Both the position numbers and the translations under genes were made by a program. From an uncultured bacterium (GTDB lineage: Bacteria; Krumholzibacteriota; Krumholzibacteriia; WVZY01; JAKEHA01): a stretch of 64,000 nt of DNA. The notes beneath the pieces are model-generated. The model saw only the letters and a list, made by a program, of their open reading frames with translations. It made no database searches and was not told the origin of the DNA. The stretch's first letter is position 1. Each line of letters opens with the position of its first letter. Of this stretch, positions 1-9,211 are shown one piece after another. Where the stretch lies: contig CAZPQK010000009.1 of NCBI GenBank assembly GCA_964588695.1, positions 28,022-92,021 on the forward strand, given 5' to 3'.

Positions 1-180
1 ATCGCGGTGAACGTCAATAGCGAAGTTCATACCGAATGGACGCTTACGCGCGACGGCCAGCCGTTGTTGTCGTCGGCGGGGCAACGCGCTAACGGACACG
101 GAGTGTTCTTGACGCACACGCCGATCACGTTTCGCCTGGTCCAGGACGGCAACGTTGTGATCGAAAAAATCATTCCCTAA
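1..180 (+). CDS. 3' end of a hypothetical protein (partial, runs off the window)
   Basis: Frame 1 is open from base 1 (IAVNVNSEVHTEWTLTRDGQPLLS...VVIEKIIP) to TAA at 178-180, 5 nt before the next gene. Confidence 0.6.
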   Translation: MAVNVNSEVHTEWTLTRDGQPLLSSAGQRANGHGVFLTHTPITFRLVQDGNVVIEKIIP

Positions 181-185
181 GGCGT

Positions 186-911
186 GTGAGCGCCACTGGC
201 GCCATGACCATCCTTTCATTTATCGATACGCTCAAACTCGCGACCGGACTTGCTCCGGTCGTGGTGTTTCTATTGGTACTGGTGGCAGTGTTCCGTCGCC
301 GTCAACTCGCGCGCCTTGACATCGCTGCAAGCACCCTGTTGGGTGCAATTGCTGCTCTGGTTTCTTTAGCAATCAACACAGTATTCATTCGCAGTTTTGA
401 TGTTTCGGCCGAAACGATGGCGCGCTACGGTGTGCCGGTTATTGAAGAACTGGTAAAGTGCGGGATTGTGTTAGCACTCGTGACTACCGGTAAACGTCGT
501 CGCCTGTGGGATGCTGTCGTTATTGGGTTCGGTGTGGGGTGCGGATTTGCCGTTATCGAGAACGCGTTCTATGCCCACCAGCTAGCCCAGCGAGCCTGGG
601 ACATATGGTTGTTTCGGGGCTTTTCTTCGGCGGTGCTTCACGGAGGTATCGCCGCCCTGTTCGGGATCGTGACCTGGGCGTTTCTGTCGCGCGGCTTTGG
701 TTGGGCTCGTGCCGCGTACCCCGGCCTCCTGTCCGCGATGTCGGTACACGCGTTCTACAACAACTTCGTGGTGTCTCCCACAGCATTCACGGTCGCGCTC
801 TACGTATTCCTTCCACTCGTGTTGGTGCTGGTGTTTCGCAAAGCTTCTCATGATGCCAAGCAAGGCGCTAAAGGTCGGCGACCGAGCGCCGATAAAGATG
901 ATTCCTGCTAA
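186..911 (+). CDS. prsW: PrsW-family glutamic intramembrane protease (short form)
   Basis: Multi-TM protein with motifs PVIEELVK, GFGVGCGFAVIENAFY, AVLHGG and HAFYN. Start may be the ATG at 204. Confidence 0.85.
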   Translation: MSATGAMTILSFIDTLKLATGLAPVVVFLLVLVAVFRRRQLARLDIAASTLLGAIAALVSLAINTVFIRSFDVSAETMARYGVPVIEELVKCGIVLALVTTGKRRRLWDAVVIGFGVGCGFAVIENAFYAHQLAQRAWDIWLFRGFSSAVLHGGIAALFGIVTWAFLSRGFGWARAAYPGLLSAMSVHAFYNNFVVSPTAFTVALYVFLPLVLVLVFRKASHDAKQGAKGRRPSADKDDSC

Positions 912-978
912 AAATTCCTAAACTCGAGCCACGTTTGTGCCGTTAACGGAAGGTACCCAAGCAAGCACGAGGGCGGGG

Positions 979-1923
979 ATGCACGGACAAGTTATAGCTC
1001 ACTACGAGGTTCTCGACACGATTGGCCGCGGCGCTATGGGCGTCGTCTACAAGGCCCGCGACCAACGGCTCAATCGAGTTGTGGCGCTTAAGTGTCTGCC
1101 GTCGCGTGGCGGTGACGGCGTATCCGATAAGGTTCAGTTTAAGATCGAGGCGCGTGCTGCCGCATCGTTAGATCATCCCAACATTTGCCGGATCTACGAC
1201 ATTTCGGAAGCCGATGGACTTACCTATATCGCCATGGCGTTCGCCAAGGGTAAGTTGCTCACCGAGCGGATTCAGCGTGGACATCTCACTATACCCGACG
1301 CCATAAGCATCGCGATGCAGCTGGCCCAGGCGCTGGCGTCGGCGCACGAACGGGGCGTTACCCACTTTGATCTGAAACCCGACAACGTGGTTATCGAACT
1401 TGACGGAACTCCAACGTTATTGGACTTCGGGCTTGCTACTCTGGCTGGACATCACGCGGTATTTGCTGGTCAGATGACCGGGACACCGGCGTACATGGCA
1501 CCCGAACAAATGACCCTGGCCGAATGCGATCATCGTGCCGACTTGTGGGCACTAGGTGTCATCATGTACGAGATGTTAACCGGCGAGCGCCCGTTTCCTG
1601 GTGACAACGCCGATGCGCTGTTCTATGGCGTTCAGAATCTGGAAGCGCCTCCGCTGGTAGCGTTGCGGCCAAACGTTCCTTCCGGCGTTGTTGGGGTTGT
1701 CGAAAGACTCCTACAGAAAGATCCCAACCAGCGGTACCAGAGTGCTCAGCAGGTTGTAGATGTTCTCAAACCGCTATTCGCAGAATCCACGCACAATCCG
1801 TTCAACGTTGTTACGCCGGCCGAAGCGCCCGCGCCAACCCGTCGAAGCTTGGGCGCGTGGCCCTGGGCGATATCGGGCGCCGTCGTACTACTTACAATCT
1901 TCAGTCTGATCGCGTTTCGCTAG
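979..1923 (+). CDS. Hanks-type Ser/Thr protein kinase with C-terminal TM helix
   Basis: Motifs GRGAMGVVY, VALK, HFDLKPDN, DFG, GTPAYMAPEQ and DLWALG; hydrophobic C-terminus WAISGAVVLLTIFSLIAF. Alternative start at 937. Confidence 0.9.
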   Translation: MHGQVIAHYEVLDTIGRGAMGVVYKARDQRLNRVVALKCLPSRGGDGVSDKVQFKIEARAAASLDHPNICRIYDISEADGLTYIAMAFAKGKLLTERIQRGHLTIPDAISIAMQLAQALASAHERGVTHFDLKPDNVVIELDGTPTLLDFGLATLAGHHAVFAGQMTGTPAYMAPEQMTLAECDHRADLWALGVIMYEMLTGERPFPGDNADALFYGVQNLEAPPLVALRPNVPSGVVGVVERLLQKDPNQRYQSAQQVVDVLKPLFAESTHNPFNVVTPAEAPAPTRRSLGAWPWAISGAVVLLTIFSLIAFR

Positions 1924-1924
1924 C

Positions 1925-3322
1925 CTACTTTGCCAGTACAATCTTTCGCGTATCTGCCAACTCGCCATTAACTCGTAGCGCCACCAGGTAAACTCCGGTT
2001 GCAGCATCTGAACCCAGCAAGGTGCGTCCGTCCCATGCTGTGGAGTGTGTTCCTGCGGGCGCGAACGAGTCGATCAGTGTGGCTACCGTGCGACCAAGTA
2101 CATCGTGAACCGTTATTTGAACCAGTGAAGCGTCGCCTAACTGGTAGGGAATCGTGGTCGCGGGATTAAACGGGTTGGGATAGTTCAAGCCCAGGCGCGC
2201 GGCCGCAGCGACCGGATCGGTGGCGGTAATAGCGGCGGGTTGGATCGCAATGTCAACCGGGGGCAACCCGGTGTTGATCGGCCCGGTGGTTATCTCCGAA
2301 CCGGTTGAGTAGTCAAAGCAACGAATCCCGGGCGCGGTCGCGCTACGATCGGCCAGCAGGACTTCGTCGCCGATCGGCGACAGCTCGATGTCGTTTAGCA
2401 CATAGCCGCCGGGAGCAAACACGGTCCCAATTTTTGCGCCGGTCGTAGGGTTAAAACGAATCAACTCGGTAGAAAAACCCGGCGTGCTGATAATTGCGTA
2501 GGCGTTCATTGTCGATTTTATCTCTACGTCGACAACGTCGCCCCCGGCGACCGCTTCGGTTAGCACAAAGCCAGTTGATGAACTCGACACGGGGTCGATG
2601 AACTCGACGCCGCCGTCCGCGGCAACAAAGTTTCCAACGGTCGAAACAAACAAATTGTCCATGAACAGCTTTATTTCGGTGAACGGGTTGGTTCCAGTCA
2701 ACGTAATGGGCTGAACGCCAGCCGTTACCGGGTCGGTGTCGACGATTGCGTCGGTCGCGACATCGATCACAACCAGATAGCTGGTGCCTGTGGGTTGATA
2801 GAAGTTGTTGCGATCAAGGCGCTGCACGGTGACATACGCGAGCCCGTCATGAACCAGGATCTGGTCCATCTCGCAAAGCCCATCGACATCGGCATAGCTG
2901 GAAAGGTCAATGCTTCCGGTAAACGAGCCGTCACTGGGATCGACTATCCACAAGATGTTGGAGTCGTAGCGGGTGACGTAGGCCTTGCTGGCTGACACAA
3001 AACCAATGTCGTGGGGATTTGATCCGTTGCCCACAGAAAACTGAAGGGCAGTGGCGAAGTTATTGTCTGGGTCCAGCACTTGTACGTTGTCCGCGCCGAC
3101 GCGGTTGACCACGTAGAAGTACCCATTAAAATAACGGGCGGTAGCGTCGCTGAACACCGACTCTACGTTAAGGGTTGCGGACTTGCTGCTTGCTATGTCC
3201 AGTACGGTGGTAGATCCGGAGCTGAAGTCGCTGGTGACGACCAGGGCGTTGACTTGAGCTCGGGTGGGTGAGCTGGTCACGCACAGCGCGAGCATCACTA
3301 CGAAACAGGTAAAGAATTTCAT
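1925..3322 (-). CDS. Secreted YncE/BtuG-like beta-propeller protein with C-terminal FlgD-Ig (T9SS-type sorting) domain
   Basis: Signal peptide, repeated beta-blade motifs (KAYVT, LAYVT, LFVS) and C-terminal LNYPNPFNPATTI...WDG...GVYLV...RKIVLAK. Lies directly downstream of the B12-riboswitch-controlled receptor. Confidence 0.7.
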   Translation of the reverse strand: MKFFTCFVVMLALCVTSSPTRAQVNALVVTSDFSSGSTTVLDIASSKSATLNVESVFSDATARYFNGYFYVVNRVGADNVQVLDPDNNFATALQFSVGNGSNPHDIGFVSASKAYVTRYDSNILWIVDPSDGSFTGSIDLSSYADVDGLCEMDQILVHDGLAYVTVQRLDRNNFYQPTGTSYLVVIDVATDAIVDTDPVTAGVQPITLTGTNPFTEIKLFMDNLFVSTVGNFVAADGGVEFIDPVSSSSTGFVLTEAVAGGDVVDVEIKSTMNAYAIISTPGFSTELIRFNPTTGAKIGTVFAPGGYVLNDIELSPIGDEVLLADRSATAPGIRCFDYSTGSEITTGPINTGLPPVDIAIQPAAITATDPVAAAARLGLNYPNPFNPATTIPYQLGDASLVQITVHDVLGRTVATLIDSFAPAGTHSTAWDGRTLLGSDAATGVYLVALRVNGELADTRKIVLAK

Positions 3323-3330
3323 GCTATCTC

Positions 3331-5337
3331 CTATGGTGAATACCGGAGCGTTGTGTAGAAAGAGCGTCCGGGTAGCGGAAATCCGCTGACGTCGCTGATT
3401 TGGTTGTCAGATAAGTTGCGCGCCTCCACCGTCCATAACACGCCGGTGCCGCGTACGCGCCAGGACAGGCTGGCGCCATGAATGTGGCGCGCCGAAATTT
3501 CATTCAGATTTGCGCGGTCGGTGAAGTTTCTGCCGATGAAATGAAATTCGTAACCCAACTCGAAATCAGAGACCGCAACCCCGAAACCTGTAAGGATCTC
3601 GTGGTCCGGTCGAGTTGGGAGCTGGTTACCACGGTAGTAAGGGATATCGCTGGTGTCTTCGCTATCCATGCGGGTATAGCCCAGCTCAAGCCGATATCGC
3701 GACCCGACCCACGTGTGGGCGCTAGCTTCAAAGGTCCGAATTGTCGCGGCGCTCAAGTTTGTGGGTTTCACTGTGTATTGCGAATTGGGTAGAAACAAAA
3801 TCAGGTCTTCGGCTTCTGTTTCTGCGATCGATGCTTCTGCTTTAGTATCGCGCAACCATCCTAGTCGCCGCCAATTCACTTCCAGGCCGACGTCACGATT
3901 GACACCGCGTTCAGGCTGAACGCTGGCATTCCCGGTGACGCTGCCGCGTTGCCCGAACAGTTCCATAAACGTTGGCAGGCGGTGGTACTTGCCGACGTTT
4001 CCTTTGACCGCCATCCACGAAAACACCACCGCGCGGAAACCGATGCTGGGTGACCTGGTCTCGGTTCCGACTTTTCCTTGAGGGGTGGGCGGTAGCCAGG
4101 GGAGCGGCGGGTCGTCGTAGAATTCGCTTTCGTGGCGCGCCCATCTTTGCGAAGCAGTAAGCAAAAGCCGTTCGTCCCACGGAAACCAGGATACCGTCGC
4201 CCCCAACTCTGTGGTGTGGCGGAGTCGGTCGGGGCCAATTGAATTCTGGGGTTCTCTTTCTTCGGGATGGAAACGCTCTTTGCGCCCGGCAAAATCGCCG
4301 GCAACGCTCACCGGGGCCGGAGACAAAAACAATTCGACGCGCGCCGAGCCGCCGTGGCTGGTAATAGTGTTCTCATGCTCGCTGGGGTACGGCGAAATGT
4401 CGCCGTCGTGATCAACGAAGTGTTCGACAGTTTCGCCCAGAAAGCCGTTGGCTTCGGTGATTATCCGCGATGCCCACAGTCCCGGAGGAAGGACGCGCGC
4501 GTAAGTCAGGCGCCGTTGCGTATCCACCGAGGCTGACGTCGACTGATGGTTTCCGATTCCCGCTATGCCTTCGGTGCGATCGATGAACAGGTGGCTGGCG
4601 TCGAGCGTTCCTCCGTGCGAATCCAGCCGGGCTTTTGCGATCACATGAAACATCTCCGACGCGTTATTGCGCCGCACCGAGGTTTCATCGTCGGCGGAGT
4701 TGTGTGGGGTTCCGTTGTCATCGAGAAAACGAAAGTCGCCGTCGGTTTGGCTTCGGCCAAGGTGAGTGAATGTCGACAGGACGCCAAACCGACTCCACAG
4801 CGAACCCGACTGTTGGTTGAATCCGTGCGAACCAAAAGACTGCGCGGCGGCTCCGCGTACTCGCCGACCATCGGTTTTTCCCGGCGGCTGGGAAACCAGG
4901 TTGACCACGCCGCCAATTGCGCCTGCACCCCATCGCGGCGACGCGTTGCCGCGATAGAGGTCAATATGACGCACGCCGGTTGTGGGAATTAAAGCCAGAT
5001 TGGCGCCGCCGCCGTAAGGATCGTTTAGGGGGATACCGTCCCACAGAACATTCACCTGGCTTGCCGAAGACCCGCGTACCGAAACAGTTGCGTAACTTCC
5101 AAGTCCACCGTACTGCTTGATTCGAACGCCAGAAAGCTTGGTAAGCAAGCTGGCGAGGTCGCTAACGCGGTTGGGGTCGGCGGCGACGCGGGTGGCGAAG
5201 CCGGTTGGACTATCCAGCGGACGACGAGCAACCTGGCTTTTTACAATAATGGAGCGGGTAACCGTAGTGTCAGCTGGCTCGGCAAGCGATCCGGTGGGCA
5301 GCAGGGGATACAGCAGCGCTCCAATTAGCGCGACCAT
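3331..5337 (-). CDS. btuB: TonB-dependent receptor, probable cobalamin transporter (BtuB-like)
   Basis: Plug motifs GGLGSYATVSVRGSSASQVNVLWDGIPLN and GAIGGVVNLV; C-terminal NLSD...GFPLPGRSFY. The ATG at 5337 lies after the riboswitch terminator and gives a signal-like N-terminus. Confidence 0.8.
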   Translation of the reverse strand: MVALIGALLYPLLPTGSLAEPADTTVTRSIIVKSQVARRPLDSPTGFATRVAADPNRVSDLASLLTKLSGVRIKQYGGLGSYATVSVRGSSASQVNVLWDGIPLNDPYGGGANLALIPTTGVRHIDLYRGNASPRWGAGAIGGVVNLVSQPPGKTDGRRVRGAAAQSFGSHGFNQQSGSLWSRFGVLSTFTHLGRSQTDGDFRFLDDNGTPHNSADDETSVRRNNASEMFHVIAKARLDSHGGTLDASHLFIDRTEGIAGIGNHQSTSASVDTQRRLTYARVLPPGLWASRIITEANGFLGETVEHFVDHDGDISPYPSEHENTITSHGGSARVELFLSPAPVSVAGDFAGRKERFHPEEREPQNSIGPDRLRHTTELGATVSWFPWDERLLLTASQRWARHESEFYDDPPLPWLPPTPQGKVGTETRSPSIGFRAVVFSWMAVKGNVGKYHRLPTFMELFGQRGSVTGNASVQPERGVNRDVGLEVNWRRLGWLRDTKAEASIAETEAEDLILFLPNSQYTVKPTNLSAATIRTFEASAHTWVGSRYRLELGYTRMDSEDTSDIPYYRGNQLPTRPDHEILTGFGVAVSDFELGYEFHFIGRNFTDRANLNEISARHIHGASLSWRVRGTGVLWTVEARNLSDNQISDVSGFPLPGRSFYTTLRYSP

Positions 5338-5370
5338 ACGTCCAAGAATTCTCGCTCTTCCGGTGGTCAC

Positions 5371-5399
5371 AAAAAAACCTCGAAGATATCTCTTCGAGG
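5371..5399 (-). terminator. Intrinsic terminator in the riboswitch expression platform
   Basis: Minus strand reads CCTCGAAGA-GATA-TCTTCGAGG-TTTTTTT: a perfect 9-bp stem plus U7. Confidence 0.85.
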
Positions 5400-5477
5400 C
5401 ATGGCGACCACGCCCATGGGGCACCATGGGCTTTGGTTCGCGAACTCTCAATCCTCGAAGAGTCGGGAACGCGTTTG

Positions 5478-5624
5478 CCCAGGTGGGTATCCTGACTTAG
5501 GGCTCGAACATCGCGGCAGCCTTCCCGGAATAATCCAGTGGCTGATGCCGCGACTCGCCCAATCACAGTGGCGGGACCGTGCGGGAATTTCACCCGCTTC
5601 CCCTTTATGCATGTGCGCCTGGGG
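5478..5624 (-). ncRNA. Cobalamin (B12) riboswitch
   Basis: Minus strand reads AGGGGAAGCGGGTGAAATTCCCGCACGGTCCCGCCACTGTG...GCCACTGG...CCGGGAAGG...AAGTCAGGATACC (B12 box), closed by a CCCAGG/CCTGGG P1 stem. Upstream of a TonB-dependent receptor. Confidence 0.93.
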
Positions 5625-5742
5625 ACGCTTGTTTCGACAAGTATGCCCGGCACGGTTCGCTCTGTCAAGGCGCCCGGCAGGGTTGTTTGCCGACGATAGT
5701 TGCCGTATAAAGAGAGCTTCCTTAGCAGGTGGTGTCTGTAAG

Positions 5743-6627
5743 TTGCCTTACTTTGGTGAAATTCTATCGTTAAGCGTGGCCGTGCTCTGGGGCCTGGCGA
5801 TGGTGCTGTTCAAAAAGAGCGGCGAGCGGGTTCACCCGGTTGCGTTGAACACGTTCAAGAACGTACTCGCATCGGTTTTGTTCCTGGTGACGATTTACTT
5901 GTTTGGCGGAACGTTGTTCGAGCCATTCAGCGCGACCGACTACATCCTGCTGGCGATCAGCGGGATTGTGGGAATTGCGATTGGCGATACGTTGCTGTTT
6001 GCCAGCCTTAATATCGTGGGCGCAGGGCCGACCGCGCTAATCAATTGCCTCTACAGTCCGTTTATTATTGGGCTTTCCTACCTCTTTCTGGCCGAAGTGT
6101 TGAGCCCCTTGCAGTTAGTGGGCGTCGCTATGATCGTCGCCGCGGTGCTAGAAACCGGCCGCGCCAGCGGGCCTTCTGCCGCATCTGGAAAGCGACGTGC
6201 GCTAGGAATCACACTGGGTGTCTTGGGTAACCTTGCCATGGCAATTGGCGTTGTGATGGTAAAACCCATACTGAACAACGCGCCGCTTTTGTGGGCGGTG
6301 GAAATCCGGTTGCTCGCGGGCGTTGCCGTGTTGTTGATCTTTCTTCTGCTAAATCCCCGTCGTCACGAGATCCTTCGCACGCTGCGGCACCGCGACGCGT
6401 GGAGGGATACAGTGCTGGGATCTTTTCTTGGTGGTTACGTGGCGATGATGGGATGGCTCGGCGGGATTAAATTCACCAAAGCATCAATCGCGGGCGCGCT
6501 CAATCAAACCAACGTAGTTTTCATAATCATCTTTGCCGCGATTCTGTTGCGCGAAAGAATCAGTGCCAGTCGTTGGTTGGCCATTGTCGTCGCTTTGGCG
6601 GGAGCGTTCCTGGTAACTTTCGGCTAG
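5743..6627 (+). CDS. DMT/EamA family transporter
   Basis: About 10 TM helices in two EamA-like repeats (LWGLAMVLFKK...; LLRERIS...). TTG start inferred because the ORF extension to 5401 overlaps the riboswitch. Confidence 0.85.
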   Translation: MPYFGEILSLSVAVLWGLAMVLFKKSGERVHPVALNTFKNVLASVLFLVTIYLFGGTLFEPFSATDYILLAISGIVGIAIGDTLLFASLNIVGAGPTALINCLYSPFIIGLSYLFLAEVLSPLQLVGVAMIVAAVLETGRASGPSAASGKRRALGITLGVLGNLAMAIGVVMVKPILNNAPLLWAVEIRLLAGVAVLLIFLLLNPRRHEILRTLRHRDAWRDTVLGSFLGGYVAMMGWLGGIKFTKASIAGALNQTNVVFIIIFAAILLRERISASRWLAIVVALAGAFLVTFG

Positions 6628-7655
6628 TCCTGCGAAACCACGATACCGGGTTCACGCACCGTAACCACTACGTCGCTGTCGATCTCAATCGTGCATCGGT
6701 AGTCGTCCCACACCGTTAGTGTGGTGTTGTTAAGCCGCACCTGAAGACTTACGTCGTGCCCGTGAAAGTGGCGACCAACAACCCGGCCAACAACACCGTC
6801 GCCGCCCGACGTTAGTTGTACGTGCTCGGGGCGAAGTGCGATAGTGACCGGACCGTGACACGGCGACGTTACCGGTATCGCTCCGATTGCAGTCTCGGCC
6901 GTGTTGCCATTTGCCGTTCCCTCGAGGATGTTGGCTCCGCCGATAAAGGCGGCAACGAACTGGGTTTGCGGTGAGGCGTAGAGTTCTTCTGGCGTGCCGA
7001 TTTGCTCGATTCGCCCGGCACGCATTACCGCAATGCGGTCGGCAAAATCCAGAGCTTCCTGCTGATCGTGAGTTACCATGACTGCCGTCATGGTGCGGTC
7101 ATGAATCACATCGCCCACTTTCGCACGCGCGTCAGCGCGCAATTCGGGGTCGAGGCTTCCGAACGGCTCGTCCAGCAGAATAACGTCGGGTCGAGGCGCC
7201 ATTGCCCGTGCCAGCGCAACCCGTTGTTGCTGTCCTCCCGATAGTTCGCGCGGAAGCTTGTCGGCATGCTCTTCCAGTTGAGCACGCTCGATGATTTGCT
7301 GCGCAAGTTCGCGGCGTTCGCGCGACGGTCGACTCCGCAAACCAAACATTACGTTGGCCATCACGGTCAGGTGGGGGAACAGCGCGAACTCCTGGAACAC
7401 GAAACCCACGTTTCGGCGGTCAGGAGGAATGTGATTGCGAGGCGAGGCGACTTCGCGACCAGCCAGGGTAATACTCCCGGCCGAGAGCCGTTCAAAACCT
7501 GCCAGTAGCCTGAGAGTTGATGTTTTCCCCGACCCCGATGGTCCCAGGATCGCGAAGACTTCGCCTCTCGCCACGTCGAAGCTAATGCTGTTGACCGCGG
7601 GGTGCGTTTGTCCCGGGTATGACATCGCGATGTCGACTGCCTTAACCAACGACAC
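6624..7655 (-). CDS. fbpC: Fe(III)-type ABC transporter ATP-binding protein
   Basis: Walker A GPSGSGKT, signature LSGGQQQR, Walker B ILLDEP and a TOBE-like tail. Confidence 0.85.
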   Translation of the reverse strand: MSLVKAVDIAMSYPGQTHPAVNSISFDVARGEVFAILGPSGSGKTSTLRLLAGFERLSAGSITLAGREVASPRNHIPPDRRNVGFVFQEFALFPHLTVMANVMFGLRSRPSRERRELAQQIIERAQLEEHADKLPRELSGGQQQRVALARAMAPRPDVILLDEPFGSLDPELRADARAKVGDVIHDRTMTAVMVTHDQQEALDFADRIAVMRAGRIEQIGTPEELYASPQTQFVAAFIGGANILEGTANGNTAETAIGAIPVTSPCHGPVTIALRPEHVQLTSGGDGVVGRVVGRHFHGHDVSLQVRLNNTTLTVWDDYRCTIEIDSDVVVTVREPGIVVSQD

Positions 7656-9211
7656 TACGAATCCTCCTCGGCACGTCGGAAGAATATTGCGAGCAGTGTT
7701 GATGCCAACAGGACGATTGCTAGAGCGTGCGGCGCGGCGCGATCAAACAGCGCTTCGCTGGCGTATCCCCAAACGTTTAGCGCCAGCGAGTCAAAATTAA
7801 GCGGCGCCAACAGGAACGTCAGAGGTAGTTCTTTGACGCATGATAAAAACACAAGCGCGCCACCCGCGATTAATCCGGGTCTTAAGATTGGGAGCGTTAT
7901 CGACCGAAAGGTTTCGATGGGGCCCAACCCCAACGAACGGGCGGCTTCTTCGACACGCGGAGTTGCCGCGTGCAGACCCGCGCGAATCGGCCCTACGGCT
8001 TGAGCCAAAAAGTGTAACGCGTAAGCGACTACCAGAAGCGCGGCGGTTTGATAAAGAATTGGTGTCGTATTCAGCGCAAAAAAGATCAGCCCAAGTCCAA
8101 ATGCCAGAGACGGCGTAGCGTACCCGAGATAGGCCGAACGTTCCGCGACCCGTGACCAAACTGATGGGTATCGGTTGGAGAGAAACGCTAGAGGCAACGC
8201 CAGGCCGAGCGCAACCAGGCACGCAGGAAGGCTTACCCGAAATGAGTCCCAGGTGGCGTTGCCCAACTCGCCCAGAGAAGCAGCCAGCGGGGCTTGTGTC
8301 ATCCAAAAGATGATTACCCAGACCGGGATGACTACCCCCATCAATGCGACCGCGGCGCAAAACAGATGGGCGACGGCGCTCCAACGTCCCAACGCTATCG
8401 GGCCTCTCTGCTTGCGGGCACCCAGCCCGCTGCGTTGCAACACCAGATCACGTAACAAGCGAAACTCAACTGCGACCAGACTTCCGGTGACGGCGAGTAG
8501 CATTAGTGCCAGCCATGCGGCGTAAATGCGATCGTACGAAGCGTTGTACTGAACAAAGATAGCGTAACTAAAAGTCTCAAACCGCATCAAGCTGACCACG
8601 CCGAAGTCGCCCATGACGTACAACGCTACCAGCATGGCACCCGACAACATCGCTGGCCACAGCTGTGGTAGGGTGACACGCACGAACGTCTCGCGGGTGC
8701 CGCACCCCAGCGAACGAGCGGCTTCGGCAAGCGATGGGTCGAGGTTTATGAACGCTGTACGCAGATTCAAGTACATCAACGGAAAGTTGTAGATAATCAA
8801 CGCGATCGTCGCGCCAACGTAGCCGGTAAGTCGTGGAAACAGTCCGCCCAGGGGACCGGTGGGCGTCCCCAGCGCCAGCAGTGCGTACCCAACGACGTAC
8901 CCGGGAATCGACAATGGAAGCACGCCGAACAGGGTGTAGATAGACCGACCAGACAAGTCGGTGCGCGTGGTCAACCACGCCATGGGTAGTGCGATGGCCA
9001 GACTACCGGTTACGACTGTGATTGCCAGCCCCATGGTATTGACCAGCAACTTAAAGTTGCGCGGGCGCAATACCAGTTCGGCAACGCTATCCCAGTCGGC
9101 GTCGGTCGCGCGGACGCACAAGTAAACGATTGGTAGCAGCACACCCACGCCAGCCGCGGCGGCGGGGAGCAATAAGTACCATGGCGGGCGAATGCCACTT
9201 GCAGGCGACAC
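7655..9211 (-). CDS. fbpB: Fe(III)-type ABC transporter permease (two fused halves)
   Basis: Two EAA motifs (EAARSLGC, EAARSLGL) and many TM helices. Confidence 0.85.
   Translation of the reverse strand: MSPASGIRPPWYLLLPAAAAGVGVLLPIVYLCVRATDADWDSVAELVLRPRNFKLLVNTMGLAITVVTGSLAIALPMAWLTTRTDLSGRSIYTLFGVLPLSIPGYVVGYALLALGTPTGPLGGLFPRLTGYVGATIALIIYNFPLMYLNLRTAFINLDPSLAEAARSLGCGTRETFVRVTLPQLWPAMLSGAMLVALYVMGDFGVVSLMRFETFSYAIFVQYNASYDRIYAAWLALMLLAVTGSLVAVEFRLLRDLVLQRSGLGARKQRGPIALGRWSAVAHLFCAAVALMGVVIPVWVIIFWMTQAPLAASLGELGNATWDSFRVSLPACLVALGLALPLAFLSNRYPSVWSRVAERSAYLGYATPSLAFGLGLIFFALNTTPILYQTAALLVVAYALHFLAQAVGPIRAGLHAATPRVEEAARSLGLGPIETFRSITLPILRPGLIAGGALVFLSCVKELPLTFLLAPLNFDSLALNVWGYASEALFDRAAPHALAIVLLASTLLAIFFRRAEEDS

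Noticed and set aside
5401-5742. N-terminal extensions of the DMT ORF (start 5401) and the receptor ORF (start 5451)
   Set aside because: They run through the riboswitch and its expression platform, so later starts are more plausible.
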